From: Desulfobulbaceae bacterium UBA5611 | GTDB taxonomy: Bacteria > Desulfobacterota > Desulfobulbia > Desulfobulbales > Desulfocapsaceae | Length of the DNA: 64,000 bases | Direction: 5' to 3' | Assembly: GCA_002424635.1 (NCBI GenBank) | Contig: DIKT01000029.1 | Coordinates: 6,254-70,253, forward strand | In this document: positions 35,683 to 45,341 of the stretch, piece after piece | Layout of the letters: each line of letters opens with the position of its first letter | Position numbering within the stretch: the stretch's first letter is position 1 | Program-made: the position numbers and the translations under genes | The notes under the pieces: generated by a model | What the model saw: only the letters and a program-made list of their open reading frames with translations | Databases searched by the model: none | What the model was told of the DNA's origin: nothing

Positions 35683-37775
35683 TCACTGATCCCGTTCAGA
35701 TCGACTCCGGCCAGGATCCTGGTAAAACGGTTCAGATAATAATCATAAGTAGGCGTTAGCTCCCAATGCACCTCATCAACGCGTTGCCAACCGGCCTGCC
35801 AGTCAGCGGAGAAGATATGGCGCCTATTGGCATAAACCAGCGCGCCTTGAGCCATCTGTGATAAGACATCGACCTGACCAAACAGATAATAAGGGTCATG
35901 GTAGAGACCGGGGCGGACGGCGGCGGTGGCGGCATCGGGGGTGAAACCCTGATAATGCACCACCTGCTCCATGCCGCTTTCCATATGATAGAGCAGATGG
36001 CAGTGAAATAACCAGTCGCCGAACTCTTCTGCCGCAAGCTCAATGACCGTGGTCGTCATCGGCGGGACATTTACGGTATGCTTGAGCGGTGAAAAGTCGC
36101 CCTGGCTATTGATAACGCGGGAAAAATGGCCGTGCAGATGTATGGGATGATGCATCATGGTGCGGTTGATCATAATAAAGCGCACGACTTCATCCTGTTT
36201 GATCTCAATGTGATCGGCTGCAGATAAGGGTTTATTGTTCAGAAACCAGACGAGCCGCTCCATGTCACCGTCGAGCGTGAGCCGGATTTCCCGGACCGGC
36301 CGGGCGGCGGCAAAGGCCGTGGCCTGCAAGGCGCGCAGTTGCTCGTATGGCGGCCACGGCCGGTCGGGGCTCATGCCATCAATGGCCACTGAGGCTTGGG
36401 CACTCACATCCTCTGCTAGCAAGCCCAGCCATGTGCTGCCGGGGGCCATCACCGCTGTTTGCTGATCAGGTGCTGCCATGTCATGGCCGGCATGATCTGT
36501 CGGGGATGGAGGGGGTGCCGGTGCATCATGCGCCATTGTGTCGCTGTGCTGTCTAATCTTATGGTGATCCATCTCCTCCATGCCATTCATGCCGTGCATG
36601 CCCGGTTGGTCTAATTTGCCGGCCTTCACATCCTGCTCGGCCATGCCCATCGAGCCGGCTGGCGTTAAGGCCAGCACCCGTTGCAGAGAGAGACTGTCCA
36701 TATTGGAGTAGAGATCAGGTCGCGGGATGTCCGGCGCCGCGTGCCGTGCTCCGCTGCCAAGCCACAGCAAGCTGTGCCCTGAGCCATCCTGAGAAGTGGC
36801 GCGAAATTCATAGCTGCCGTCGGCCGGTATCGTAATGATCACGTCATACGTTTCAGCGACGGCAATCAGCAGCCGTGATGCGGCAAATGGTTGCACCGGC
36901 AGCCCGTCGGCCGCTATAATCTGCAGCGGGCCGCCGGCAAACTGCACATAAAAAGAAGTGCTGGCCGAACCAGCGATCACCCGTAAACGGATTTTTTCAC
37001 CGGGCTGCACGGCCAGAGACTGCTCGGCGGCCCCATTGATGAGAAAGCGCTCATAGTAGACATCGGCAATGTCCATAGGGGGCATCCGCTGAATTTCACG
37101 GGCGAAGTAATCGCCCAACATGCCCAGCCGCGTCGCTCCCAGGATACTCTGGCCACTGCCCTTGCGTAAGGAATACCATTCGTTACCGCGTTTGAGGGTG
37201 CGCAGGACTGAGTCGGCATCCTCATCGGTCCAGTCGGAGAGCATAACCACGTACTCACGGAGATGATCAACAGGATCCTCCTTCTTCGGCTTGATGACCA
37301 GCGCGCCAAAGAGGCCACGTTGCTCCTGTAACCCGGAATGGCTGTGATACCAATAGGTGCCTGCTTGTCGTAAGTCAAACTCGTAAGTAAAAGTCGTGCC
37401 GGGCGCAATGGGCGCAAAGGTCAGGAAAGGCACGCCGTCCATGTTATTGGGCAGTAAAATCCCATGCCAGTGTATCGAGGTGGCGACAGACAGGTGATTA
37501 TGGACGCGGATCACCGCATGGTCCCCTTCGGTGAAATAGAGGATCGGCCCCGGCAGTTGTCCGTTGATGGCGATGGCCTCGACCGGCTGGCCGGTGAAGT
37601 TCATCTTCTGGAGGGCAATAGTGAGGTCGTATGCCACCGTGGCTGCCGCCAGATTTGTGCCCGGCAGCAACAGCGCCAAGCTGCACCACAATATTGCCGC
37701 CAGTTTGCTCAGCATCATCCGCATCCGGCGCTTGACTGGTTGCGGTAACCGGGATTTTTCATTTATCGGCTCCAT
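35487..37775 (-). CDS. Multicopper oxidase (CopA/PcoA-like) with C-terminal CopB-like extension, as-read frame
   Basis: HWHG, YWYHSHSG, HPIHLHGH, HCHLLYHMESGM copper motifs and a Met/His-rich insert. After the last Cu motif the protein continues into beta-strand-like sequence. The final ~40 codons look like out-of-frame read-through. Confidence 0.85.
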   Translation of the reverse strand: MEPINEKSRLPQPVKRRMRMMLSKLAAILWCSLALLLPGTNLAAATVAYDLTIALQKMNFTGQPVEAIAINGQLPGPILYFTEGDHAVIRVHNHLSVATSIHWHGILLPNNMDGVPFLTFAPIAPGTTFTYEFDLRQAGTYWYHSHSGLQEQRGLFGALVIKPKKEDPVDHLREYVVMLSDWTDEDADSVLRTLKRGNEWYSLRKGSGQSILGATRLGMLGDYFAREIQRMPPMDIADVYYERFLINGAAEQSLAVQPGEKIRLRVIAGSASTSFYVQFAGGPLQIIAADGLPVQPFAASRLLIAVAETYDVIITIPADGSYEFRATSQDGSGHSLLWLGSGARHAAPDIPRPDLYSNMDSLSLQRVLALTPAGSMGMAEQDVKAGKLDQPGMHGMNGMEEMDHHKIRQHSDTMAHDAPAPPPSPTDHAGHDMAAPDQQTAVMAPGSTWLGLLAEDVSAQASVAIDGMSPDRPWPPYEQLRALQATAFAAARPVREIRLTLDGDMERLVWFLNNKPLSAADHIEIKQDEVVRFIMINRTMMHHPIHLHGHFSRVINSQGDFSPLKHTVNVPPMTTTVIELAAEEFGDWLFHCHLLYHMESGMEQVVHYQGFTPDAATAAVRPGLYHDPYYLFGQVDVLSQMAQGALVYANRRHIFSADWQAGWQRVDEVHWELTPTYDYYLNRFTRILAGVDLNGISDQLDKKELLPACATCCPSISNRACGWIPQVTSKSALISSRQPLPDWLLLPKSNMTAAKNGKAGRG

Positions 37776-37824
37776 TCATTGGCCTTGAAACTGCAAAAAT
37801 TACGGTCAACTTTTTCTTAAAAAG

Positions 37825-38676
37825 CTAGCTTGTAATAAAATCGCCGCCATTGATATGAATTATCTGGCCGACCACATAAGAGGCATCGTCACTGGCCAGA
37901 TAAACAAAGGCGGGTGCTACCTCGCTCGGCTGGCCGGCTCTGCCCATGGGAGTATCCTGGCCGAATTTCTGGACTTGCTCTTCATCAAAGGTCGCCGGTA
38001 TTAATGGTGTCCAGATAGGACCGGGGGCCACGCCATTGACCCTGATTTGTTTGGGCACCAGATTCTGGCTTAACGATCTGGTGAAGGACACAATAGCGCC
38101 TTTGGTCGAGGAATAATCAAGAAGACGACTGCTGCCGCGGTAGGCCGTAATGCTGGTGGTATTAATGATCGAGTCGCCTGCAGATAAATACTGTAGAGCT
38201 GCTTTGGTGATATAAAACATGGAAAAAATATTGGTCCTGAAAGTAGCTTCCATCTTCTCCAGATCAAGCTCCTCCAGATCTTTGGCTACATGCTGTTCGG
38301 CGGCATTATTAACAATAATATTTATCCGGCCGAATTCGGCCGCAGTTTTTTCAACGGCCGTGCGGCAAAAGGCTTTATCGCCAATATCGCCGGCAATGAT
38401 CAGACATTTGCGCCCTTCTTTTTGGACAAGTTCCAGAGTCTGTCGGGCATCTTCATCCTCTTGAAGATAGATGATGGAGATGTCTGCTCCTTCCCGGGCA
38501 AAATGCACGGCCACGGCCCGGCCAATCCCGGAATCACCGCCAGTGATGAGGGCCACTTTATTTTTCAATTTTTCACTGCCGCGATAAGTATCCTTGATAA
38601 ATTCCGGTTGAGGACGCATTTTATATTCATAGCCCGGCTGCGATTGCCGCTGTTTGGGAAATTCTTTTGGTTGCAT
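37825..38676 (-). CDS. SDR-family oxidoreductase (YdaD/GSP39-like)
   Basis: ALITGGDSGIGRA, NNAA, YSSTKGA motifs. Start MQPKEF behind an AGGAG RBS. Confidence 0.85.
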   Translation of the reverse strand: MQPKEFPKQRQSQPGYEYKMRPQPEFIKDTYRGSEKLKNKVALITGGDSGIGRAVAVHFAREGADISIIYLQEDEDARQTLELVQKEGRKCLIIAGDIGDKAFCRTAVEKTAAEFGRINIIVNNAAEQHVAKDLEELDLEKMEATFRTNIFSMFYITKAALQYLSAGDSIINTTSITAYRGSSRLLDYSSTKGAIVSFTRSLSQNLVPKQIRVNGVAPGPIWTPLIPATFDEEQVQKFGQDTPMGRAGQPSEVAPAFVYLASDDASYVVGQIIHINGGDFITS

Positions 38677-38771
38677 TCTTTCTCCTTTAATCAAGATTTT
38701 AGAAGAGCAGAACTTATTGAAATGGCCAGTCAAAGTGTGGCCCTGCTGCCATAAAAAACTGTCTTGAACTG

Positions 38772-39569
38772 CTAGCCGGTCATCCGGGCCTTTTTCTGTT
38801 CTTCAGCCTGTTCGATGCTGGCTTTGAGGCGGGCCACGATATCAATCATATTAGTCGGCTGGATCTTTACTTCCTCCGCCTCAAATTCGACACCCTCTGC
38901 TTTGGCGCGGATCATCGCCAGCATTTCTTCCCGGTAGCTGTCATGAAATTCTGTGGGCTCAAACTCGCCGCTCATGCTTTTAACGAGCAGATCGGCCATT
39001 TCTACCTCGCGTTGGCCCAGCTTCACGGCGGTTGTCGGCAGCCCGATCCCTTCTGGTTTGCGGATCTCATCCGGATAATGCATCATGTTCATGACCAGCA
39101 TCTGCTCAGTCGGGCGGATGAGAGCGAGAGTTTCCTTGTCGCGCATGACCATTTTTGCCACTCCGACTTTTTGGGCCCGCTTGAGCGCATCCACCAGCAA
39201 GGCATAGGGCATGGCCCCGCCTTCATTGGGGCCAAGATAATAGGCTGTATTGAGATAGATAGGATCGATGGCTGCAGCATCGACAAATTCCTGAATCTCG
39301 ATTGCCCGGGTGGCACTGCGGGCGAATTTAGCGAATTCATCATCGGACAGGGTCACATAGCGGCCTTTTTCCAACTCGTATCCGCGAATGATCTCTTCGG
39401 CCTCGAGATTCTTGCCGCAGACCTTGCAGATTTTTTGGTAACCGATGCGGCCGCCATCATCTTTATGGAGTTGATTAAAATGCAGCTGTTTTTCCTCAAT
39501 GGCGGGGAAAAGCGCTACCGGTATATTAACCAGCCCGAAGCTGATGATCCCTTTCCACATCGCCCGCAT
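38772..39569 (-). CDS. ku: Ku protein (NHEJ)
   Basis: MRAMWKGIISFGLVNIPVAL canonical Ku start, 265 aa, directly downstream of ligD. Confidence 0.9.
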   Translation of the reverse strand: MRAMWKGIISFGLVNIPVALFPAIEEKQLHFNQLHKDDGGRIGYQKICKVCGKNLEAEEIIRGYELEKGRYVTLSDDEFAKFARSATRAIEIQEFVDAAAIDPIYLNTAYYLGPNEGGAMPYALLVDALKRAQKVGVAKMVMRDKETLALIRPTEQMLVMNMMHYPDEIRKPEGIGLPTTAVKLGQREVEMADLLVKSMSGEFEPTEFHDSYREEMLAMIRAKAEGVEFEAEEVKIQPTNMIDIVARLKASIEQAEEQKKARMTG

Positions 39570-39571
39570 AG

Positions 39572-42175
39572 TTAAGACTCCATCCTCAGCTCAGCTTTTG
39601 ATGAATTGCCATGCAATATTGTCACTGCCTGTTTCAGCCTCTGTTTAAGCTCCAGCACCGGCAGAAACAGATCTCCGACCTGATCGATTCTGGCGTCCAT
39701 GGTCTTGATGGTAAACTGGGTCGGCTGCAGACATTGTTCCACCTCAGGCCAGGTCAAGGGCGCCGAGACGGTTGCTCCTTCTCTGGCCCTGACTGTATAG
39801 ACGCCCGCCAGTGTTTTACTCAATCCGTTCTGCAGATAATCAAGATAGACGGTTTCAGCCGGGCGCTTTTTGGTCATCCGCTCAATGGTTGTTTCCTCGG
39901 GGCTGCGGTCATGGGTGAGGCGGGCCATCACCTCGGCAAAAGCGGTGACCTGCTCATGGCCGTAAATGGCCTCTACCGGAATAAAGATATGGAGGCCGCG
40001 GCTGCCGGAGGTCTTGGGGCAGGATTGTAAACCGGCATCGGCCAGCAGATCCCGGATCAGCAGCGCCACTTTACAGATCTTCGAATATTTGGTGTCCGGG
40101 CCGGGATCAAGATCGAGAACCACATAATCCGGATGTTGGGTAGTCAGATATCTGGAGTGCCAGGGGCTGATCTGCACGGCGCCGAGGTTGGCCAGATAGA
40201 CTAAGGTCGCTCTGTTGTTGCACAGGGCGTACACAATCTGCTCGCCTTTATCGTTGGCAGGTGAAGTCCATGTCTTGATAAATGGTGGGGCCCCCTCGAG
40301 ATTGTGTTGATAGAAGGCCTGGGCCTTAATACCGTTAGGGTATCTCTTGAGCACCAGTGGCCGGTCCTGGAGGTGGGGCAGAATAGTCGCGGCAATCTGG
40401 TAATAATAACGGACGAAGTCGCCTTTGGTAAAACCACTGTCGGGCCAGTAGATTTTCTCCAGATTGGTGAGGGCGAGTTCCTGGCCATCAACTATTACCC
40501 GGTGGTTGCCGTGCAGTGTTTCTGCCGCAAAAAAATCCGCGGCCTGCAGGGCAGTCTTCGCGCCAACGGCTGAGTGTTTTTTAAGCTTCGGGTGGCCGGC
40601 AGGCGTCTTTTCTACCTCAACAATTTCCTGGGCTTCCAGCGTACAGGTCCGTGGATCTTTATCATCTCTTAGCCGCAGGAAAATGGGGTGACGGAGTTTG
40701 CCGTCGCCGGTTTTCTCCGTATAACGGACTTCACAGACCAGCTCAGGCCGTAGCCACTGCGCCGGCTGGTCTGTCTTGACCGCTGTCGCAAAAGGGGAAT
40801 TGTCTGTTCGCCGTGAGCTCATCAGCTCAAAGATCTGTTTCAGGCTATTTTCGCTGAAGCCGCCACCGACGTTGCCGATGTAGCGCAGTTGGTCCTTATC
40901 ATAAAGGCCGAGGATCAAAGCGCCGAAGGATGAACGGCTGCCGCGGCCTTTGGTGTAACCGCCGATGACGGCGTCCATGGTCTGCGCGGTCTTGATCTTC
41001 AACCATTTTTTACTGCGCCGCTGCTCATATTTACTGTGGCTGTCCTTGGCCACGACACCTTCCATCTGCTGCGCGCGGATCTGCTCAAAAAGCAGGGTAC
41101 CCTTCTCCTTGACATGATCGCTGAGCCGGATGCTGCCTTGATTATCTATGAGTTGAGATAGAAGATGTTTACGGTCGAGTAAGGGTTCATTGCTGAGATC
41201 ATGGCCATTACAGTAGATCAGATCGAAGACATAATAGACCAGAACCGGTTTGTCGGTACTGCTCGGTTTGGCACGAAAGCCGGCGGCGTTCTGCATCAAT
41301 TGAAAATCCGGCTTCCCCTCGGCATTGAGGGCCACGATTTCACCATCAATGACAGCCGTTCGGGCCGATATCTCAAAGCGGGCCGCGACCAGCTCAGGGA
41401 ACTTGTCGCCGAGATCGATATGATTCCTGGAGACAAAGCGAATCCGGTCGTCCTCCACATAACAGATGCTGCGGTAGCCGTCCCATTTAATCTCGAAAAG
41501 CCAATCGGCATCATCGAATGGTTGGTTGACCAGAGTGGCCAGCATCGGCTCAACTTGGGCAGGAAAGGGGCCGGGTTTACCTATTTTAACCTCGACGATG
41601 TGCTTCTCGGTACCGTTCACCACGACGGTTGCCGCTTCGGCCAGGGGGCGGCTTTTGCTGTCAGAGGCCAGGACGGGTTCAAGCGTCCACCCTGGAATAG
41701 CGCACTCATCTGCCTTTTTCATGAGCAGCCAGGAGTCTTGCGCCTGCCTGGTGCGCACCAGATGAAACTCGCCGCATAGCCGCCGGCCCTTAAGCCTGAA
41801 GCTGAGCTTGCCATTGTGGAGGCCCTGCTCAGGATTGGGCGGATCAATGATCTCATAGCTGCCGATGTCCCAGACAGCCACCTCACCTGCGCCATAGTTG
41901 CCTTGAGGGATGGTGCCTTCGAAGGTGAGGTATTCCAGGGGATGATCTTCAGTCTGGACGGCCAGACGCTTTTCGTGGGGATCAAGGGAGGGACCTTTGG
42001 GGATGGCCCAGCTTTTCAGGACGCCATTGATCTCCAGCCGCAGATCAAAATGCAAATGGCGGGCATGGTGCTCCTGGATGACGAAACTTTGCCCGGAACC
42101 ATAATCACTGACTCCGCCAGCTGGCTCCGGCGTTTTGTCGAGCTGTCGTTTGCTCCTATACTTATCAAGCGACAT
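39572..42175 (-). CDS. ligD: DNA ligase D (phosphoesterase + ATP-ligase + polymerase/primase domains)
   Basis: PE domain FVIQEHHARHLHFDLRLE, ligase KxDG (FEIKWDGYR), Pol domain VVLDLDP and SGSRGLHIFIP. The ATG at 42175 has a GGGAGA RBS. The ORF is open to 42211. Confidence 0.9.
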   Translation of the reverse strand: MSLDKYRSKRQLDKTPEPAGGVSDYGSGQSFVIQEHHARHLHFDLRLEINGVLKSWAIPKGPSLDPHEKRLAVQTEDHPLEYLTFEGTIPQGNYGAGEVAVWDIGSYEIIDPPNPEQGLHNGKLSFRLKGRRLCGEFHLVRTRQAQDSWLLMKKADECAIPGWTLEPVLASDSKSRPLAEAATVVVNGTEKHIVEVKIGKPGPFPAQVEPMLATLVNQPFDDADWLFEIKWDGYRSICYVEDDRIRFVSRNHIDLGDKFPELVAARFEISARTAVIDGEIVALNAEGKPDFQLMQNAAGFRAKPSSTDKPVLVYYVFDLIYCNGHDLSNEPLLDRKHLLSQLIDNQGSIRLSDHVKEKGTLLFEQIRAQQMEGVVAKDSHSKYEQRRSKKWLKIKTAQTMDAVIGGYTKGRGSRSSFGALILGLYDKDQLRYIGNVGGGFSENSLKQIFELMSSRRTDNSPFATAVKTDQPAQWLRPELVCEVRYTEKTGDGKLRHPIFLRLRDDKDPRTCTLEAQEIVEVEKTPAGHPKLKKHSAVGAKTALQAADFFAAETLHGNHRVIVDGQELALTNLEKIYWPDSGFTKGDFVRYYYQIAATILPHLQDRPLVLKRYPNGIKAQAFYQHNLEGAPPFIKTWTSPANDKGEQIVYALCNNRATLVYLANLGAVQISPWHSRYLTTQHPDYVVLDLDPGPDTKYSKICKVALLIRDLLADAGLQSCPKTSGSRGLHIFIPVEAIYGHEQVTAFAEVMARLTHDRSPEETTIERMTKKRPAETVYLDYLQNGLSKTLAGVYTVRAREGATVSAPLTWPEVEQCLQPTQFTIKTMDARIDQVGDLFLPVLELKQRLKQAVTILHGNSSKAELRMES

Positions 42176-42249
42176 CGGCCAGTCTCCCATGTTATAATTT
42201 CGCTCAAACAAAGTATTATCCAGATCATTATTTGACCTTTATTGCCGGC

Positions 42250-42306
42250 CAAAAAAAAAGGGAAGAGAAAAGACGGCCCTGCTAAGGGGATGCGGCTCTT
42301 CTCCTC
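42250..42306 (-). terminator. Probable terminator after the hemerythrin gene
   Basis: Imperfect GC-rich hairpin (GAAGAG..CCCTgctaAGGG..CTCTTC) followed by T9 on the minus strand. Confidence 0.4.
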
Positions 42307-42320
42307 CCTGCGGTTCTTGG

Positions 42321-42779
42321 TTATCTCAGATTTTTTCGGATTTTTTGTTTTTCCTGCTCAAACTTGGTCATGATAGTGTGGAGCTCGTCCCGGTCGAAAG
42401 CTTTTTTAGCACTTTTGAATATGTTGCTCTCTTCGTCTTTGATATGGTGATCAACCAGCTCTTTAAACACCCTCATCTTGGCGGCCCATTTATCATCGCC
42501 CTTCGGCATTTTGTCCAGTTCCTTTAAAACCAACTCACTCACATGATGTTCCTCCATGCCTTCCAGCGCATCTTCACGAGCCTCCTCCTTTTCCATTAAA
42601 GGTGTATAAAAAACGCCTTCCTCGGCTTTCATATGAGGTACCAGTTCTTCTTTCAGCTGTTGAAATAATTGTTCCCGCTTCTTCATTGTGGCGCCATTTT
42701 CACTGGTTTCATCAAGCTGTTCCAGGATGTCCTTTACTTCCATATGATCCTGCTTGAGCAATTTAAAGAATTCATTCAT
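42321..42779 (-). CDS. Hemerythrin-like (HHE cation-binding) domain protein
   Basis: H/E-rich four-helix pattern (DHMEVK, VPHMKAEE, EEHHVSE, DHHIKDEE). AGGAG RBS. Confidence 0.75.
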   Translation of the reverse strand: MNEFFKLLKQDHMEVKDILEQLDETSENGATMKKREQLFQQLKEELVPHMKAEEGVFYTPLMEKEEAREDALEGMEEHHVSELVLKELDKMPKGDDKWAAKMRVFKELVDHHIKDEESNIFKSAKKAFDRDELHTIMTKFEQEKQKIRKNLR

Positions 42780-42803
42780 GTTTTTTTTCTCCTTGTCTTC
42801 GCT

Positions 42804-42908
42804 TTAAGTGCATCCACGCAATAGGTAAAATAATATTAAGATGGGAATTGGCACTCCCAATGCCCACAGCAAAATCCAGCCTATCTTTCCATTTTGATTG
42901 TTAAGCAT
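42804..42908 (-). CDS. Possible 34-aa single-TM micro-protein
   Basis: MLNNQNGKIGWILLWALGVPIPILILFYLLRGCT. It fills the gap between two operon genes, but the RBS is weak. Confidence 0.3.
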   Translation of the reverse strand: MLNNQNGKIGWILLWALGVPIPILILFYLLRGCT

Positions 42909-42984
42909 AGAGAGCCTCGATTCGGTCAATTTAATTTTAGGATATCACTATTCTTTACAATAGCTTTACCGGCTCATAGATGGC

Positions 42985-43320
42985 TTAACGGAAAAACTCT
43001 GATGCAATATCGGAAAGGGCATTGACTACTGGTCGGGCGATACGGTTGGTCCGCGGGCGATGGTTAGTAGTATTGGCCAGGAGAAGACCTATGCCAACTC
43101 CTATGCCTAAGGCAACAAGAATAGTCGTGCCGGGATTTTCCTGGTTATAAACTTTGGCCTTTTCGTAGGTTTCATTCAACTTTCTGGTTGTTTTATTATA
43201 CATTTCACTTGCCGTTTTCTCAGCCTCTTCATAGGCCTCGGCGCCTTCTTCAATGATATTGGCAGTTGGGCTACCGGTCGCGCCCTGCTGTCTGGGGGCC
43301 TCGAATCTATTTGTCTCCAT
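42985..43320 (-). CDS. DUF883/ElaB/YqjD-like tail-anchored stress protein
   Basis: Start METNRF behind an AGGAGG RBS. Charged helical N-terminus, then ENPGTTILVALGIGVGIGLLLA TM. Confidence 0.6.
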   Translation of the reverse strand: METNRFEAPRQQGATGSPTANIIEEGAEAYEEAEKTASEMYNKTTRKLNETYEKAKVYNQENPGTTILVALGIGVGIGLLLANTTNHRPRTNRIARPVVNALSDIASEFFR

Positions 43321-43390
43321 GATATATCCTCCTGAATAAAGATGAGTTTTGATACTTCTGGAAATCTTAAAGGATCTTAAGGCTAAATTA

Positions 43391-43795
43391 TTATATGTTA
43401 TGGCCGCGCCCACTACCGGCAGTTTTGGCAGGTAAGGTTGCATATTTGATCCAATCGGTGGCCGCCTTTGTCACTATGGCCATCAGTGTTACTCTGAACA
43501 AGCCGGGCTTAGCGGCAGCGGCATTCAGGCCATTGAGTGAGTCGTGAACTTCCTCGGTTAAGGAGTCCAGGAAGCGTTCCAAAGGCGGGCGGCGTGTCTT
43601 TATTCTCTTGGCGGCAAGATAGCCAAGACCACCAGCAACGCCAAGCGCCCAATAGGGCGAATCCCTTACATAGACCCGCCAATCAAGTTTCTCTTTGAGG
43701 CGCTCTCCGATTTGTTCGGCTGTCTGCGAAAGTTGCTGTTCCTCTCGAGCTATATCCTGCATGATATCTTCGGTAGTACGTTCTTTGTCAGCCAT
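43391..43795 (-). CDS. Membrane protein with DUF3618-like charged N-terminal helix
   Basis: MADKERTTEDIMQDIAREEQQLSQTAEQIGERLKEKLD, then YWALGVAGGLGYLAA TM. AGGAGG RBS. Confidence 0.5.
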   Translation of the reverse strand: MADKERTTEDIMQDIAREEQQLSQTAEQIGERLKEKLDWRVYVRDSPYWALGVAGGLGYLAAKRIKTRRPPLERFLDSLTEEVHDSLNGLNAAAAKPGLFRVTLMAIVTKAATDWIKYATLPAKTAGSGRGHNI

Positions 43796-43832
43796 TCAGG
43801 ATCCTCCTTTCCTTAATATCTTTGATTAAAAA

Positions 43833-44174
43833 TCATTTTTGTAATTGCTTGGAGCCAATGAGAGCTAGAATGATCCCGACGACAGCAAAAACTACGCCAA
43901 TGATCAAGGCAGCAAGGGCGGGAGAGGTATATGAGGTAAGTCCGATGATCAAGGCCGCGCCAAAAGACAACAAGGCAGCAAAACCGATAGCTGCTCCTGT
44001 CGCGATCAATATGGCTGCCTGTTGAATAGTGCTCAACTTGTCGCGAAACCGTTGTATGACGAGCTCAATCTCATCGTGAATCACGGCGGCTGAGCCCTTA
44101 GCAAGCTGCCCCAGCAATTCAGGCAAGGATCCCGGTTCGGTAACGCCGGTATTATTTTCCACTTTATTATTCAT
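43833..44174 (-). CDS. YqjE/holin-X-like (DUF1469) two-TM protein
   Basis: Start MNNKVE behind a GGAGG RBS. Amphipathic N-terminus plus two long Gly/Ala-rich TM helices, ending in SKQLQK. Confidence 0.6.
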   Translation of the reverse strand: MNNKVENNTGVTEPGSLPELLGQLAKGSAAVIHDEIELVIQRFRDKLSTIQQAAILIATGAAIGFAALLSFGAALIIGLTSYTSPALAALIIGVVFAVVGIILALIGSKQLQK

Positions 44175-44188
44175 CGGGGGAGGCCTCC

Positions 44189-44458
44189 TTACCGGTGCCG
44201 GCACATCGCTCCGATAACCAGGCCGACGGCGCCTGCTATCAAAAGGCTGCGTCCCGGACTCTCTCTGACGTATTCCCGAACTCTGGCATCGGCCTCTTGA
44301 TAATCAAATTGGCGGATATATTCGGCTGATTGGTCCAGCCATTCGGATGCTTTGATGCCATATTGCGCCATCTTCTCGTTTGGAACGTCCGGGTCGATCG
44401 CTTTTTCGCACAAAACCTCAGCCGCTTGATGGAGCTTGTCGGCAATGATATTTTTCAT
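44189..44458 (-). CDS. DUF883/ElaB/YqjD-like tail-anchored protein
   Basis: C-terminal RESPGRSLLIAGAVGLVIGAMCRHR. The start is uncertain, because the ORF is open to 44602. Confidence 0.55.
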   Translation of the reverse strand: MKNIIADKLHQAAEVLCEKAIDPDVPNEKMAQYGIKASEWLDQSAEYIRQFDYQEADARVREYVRESPGRSLLIAGAVGLVIGAMCRHR

Positions 44459-44648
44459 GTTCCCCAGGCCGCAGCAGCATGATCTATCCGACCCTGGGAT
44501 CCCTGCCGTGGTCTCTCCGGTTGGGTCTATATCACAATTAGTTATTCCCATAGTTCGCCTCATAAAGGAGTCATGGTTGAGAACAGCCTGAACATTTTGC
44601 AATGATGAAAATATGATGACTATCTGTTCATGACCCGTTTGCTATAAC

Positions 44649-45317
44649 TTATAGCTTATCACGTAGAGGAGCTCTGGTACTGGAAGTAGTAGTGGCGGTG
44701 GTCCTTGGCTTGGACTCGCCTGCTGTTGGATAATCAGGATTATAATCACGGCGTGGAGGGACATCAGAGCCGGGTTTATCGCTGATATCATAGTCGGCAC
44801 TGGCTTCTGCTTTATAGGCCACATCTTCCGCCCCGGTCCGTTCTAAAATGTCTTTAGCCTTATTCTTCCAGTCCCGATTGTCGGCATGGACAGAGAGTAA
44901 AATTCCGCCTTCTTTGATACGCCCTTCATAGCGGTTGGCCTCATACTCGGGAATACCCATACCGATCAGTGCTCCGGCTATACCTCCGACTAAGCCACCG
45001 GCGCCGACCCCGGCTAAAGCAGCCACGATGGGTCCAGCTGCAACAAAAGGACCAATACCCGGGATGGTTATTAAGCCAATGCCGGCCAGCCAGCCTAAAG
45101 CTCCACCAATGACGGCCCCGCTGCTGGCCCCTGTCGCTGTTCCTTCCGGGGCCTTGGTTTCTTTCTCGATAGCGAAATCTTTGGTGCCGCCGCTTTCAGG
45201 AAACAAGACCGAGATGTCGGCACTGCGGAAGCCGGCTTCTTTTAATTCATCGACTGCTTTTTCAACGATCAGGCGGCTCGGATAGATGCCGTAAACTGCG
45301 ATGTTTTTAGATGCCAT
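44649..45317 (-). CDS. YflT (GSP17M)-like general stress protein with central glycine-zipper membrane region
   Basis: NIAVYGIYPSRLIVEKAVDELKEAGFRSADISVLF, then a ~70-aa G/A-rich hydrophobic segment, then IPEYEANRYEGRIKEGGILLSVH. GGAG RBS before ATG 45317. Confidence 0.6.
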   Translation of the reverse strand: MASKNIAVYGIYPSRLIVEKAVDELKEAGFRSADISVLFPESGGTKDFAIEKETKAPEGTATGASSGAVIGGALGWLAGIGLITIPGIGPFVAAGPIVAALAGVGAGGLVGGIAGALIGMGIPEYEANRYEGRIKEGGILLSVHADNRDWKNKAKDILERTGAEDVAYKAEASADYDISDKPGSDVPPRRDYNPDYPTAGESKPRTTATTTSSTRAPLRDKL

Positions 45318-45341
45318 CACCTTGTCTCCTTTCTTCAGAAT

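Noticed and set aside
44459-44602. 48-codon N-terminal extension of the DUF883-like ORF (contains SCCCGLGN).
   Set aside because: I found no RBS for the upstream ATGs, and the family normally starts close to the charged helix. I kept the shorter start, but the true start remains uncertain.
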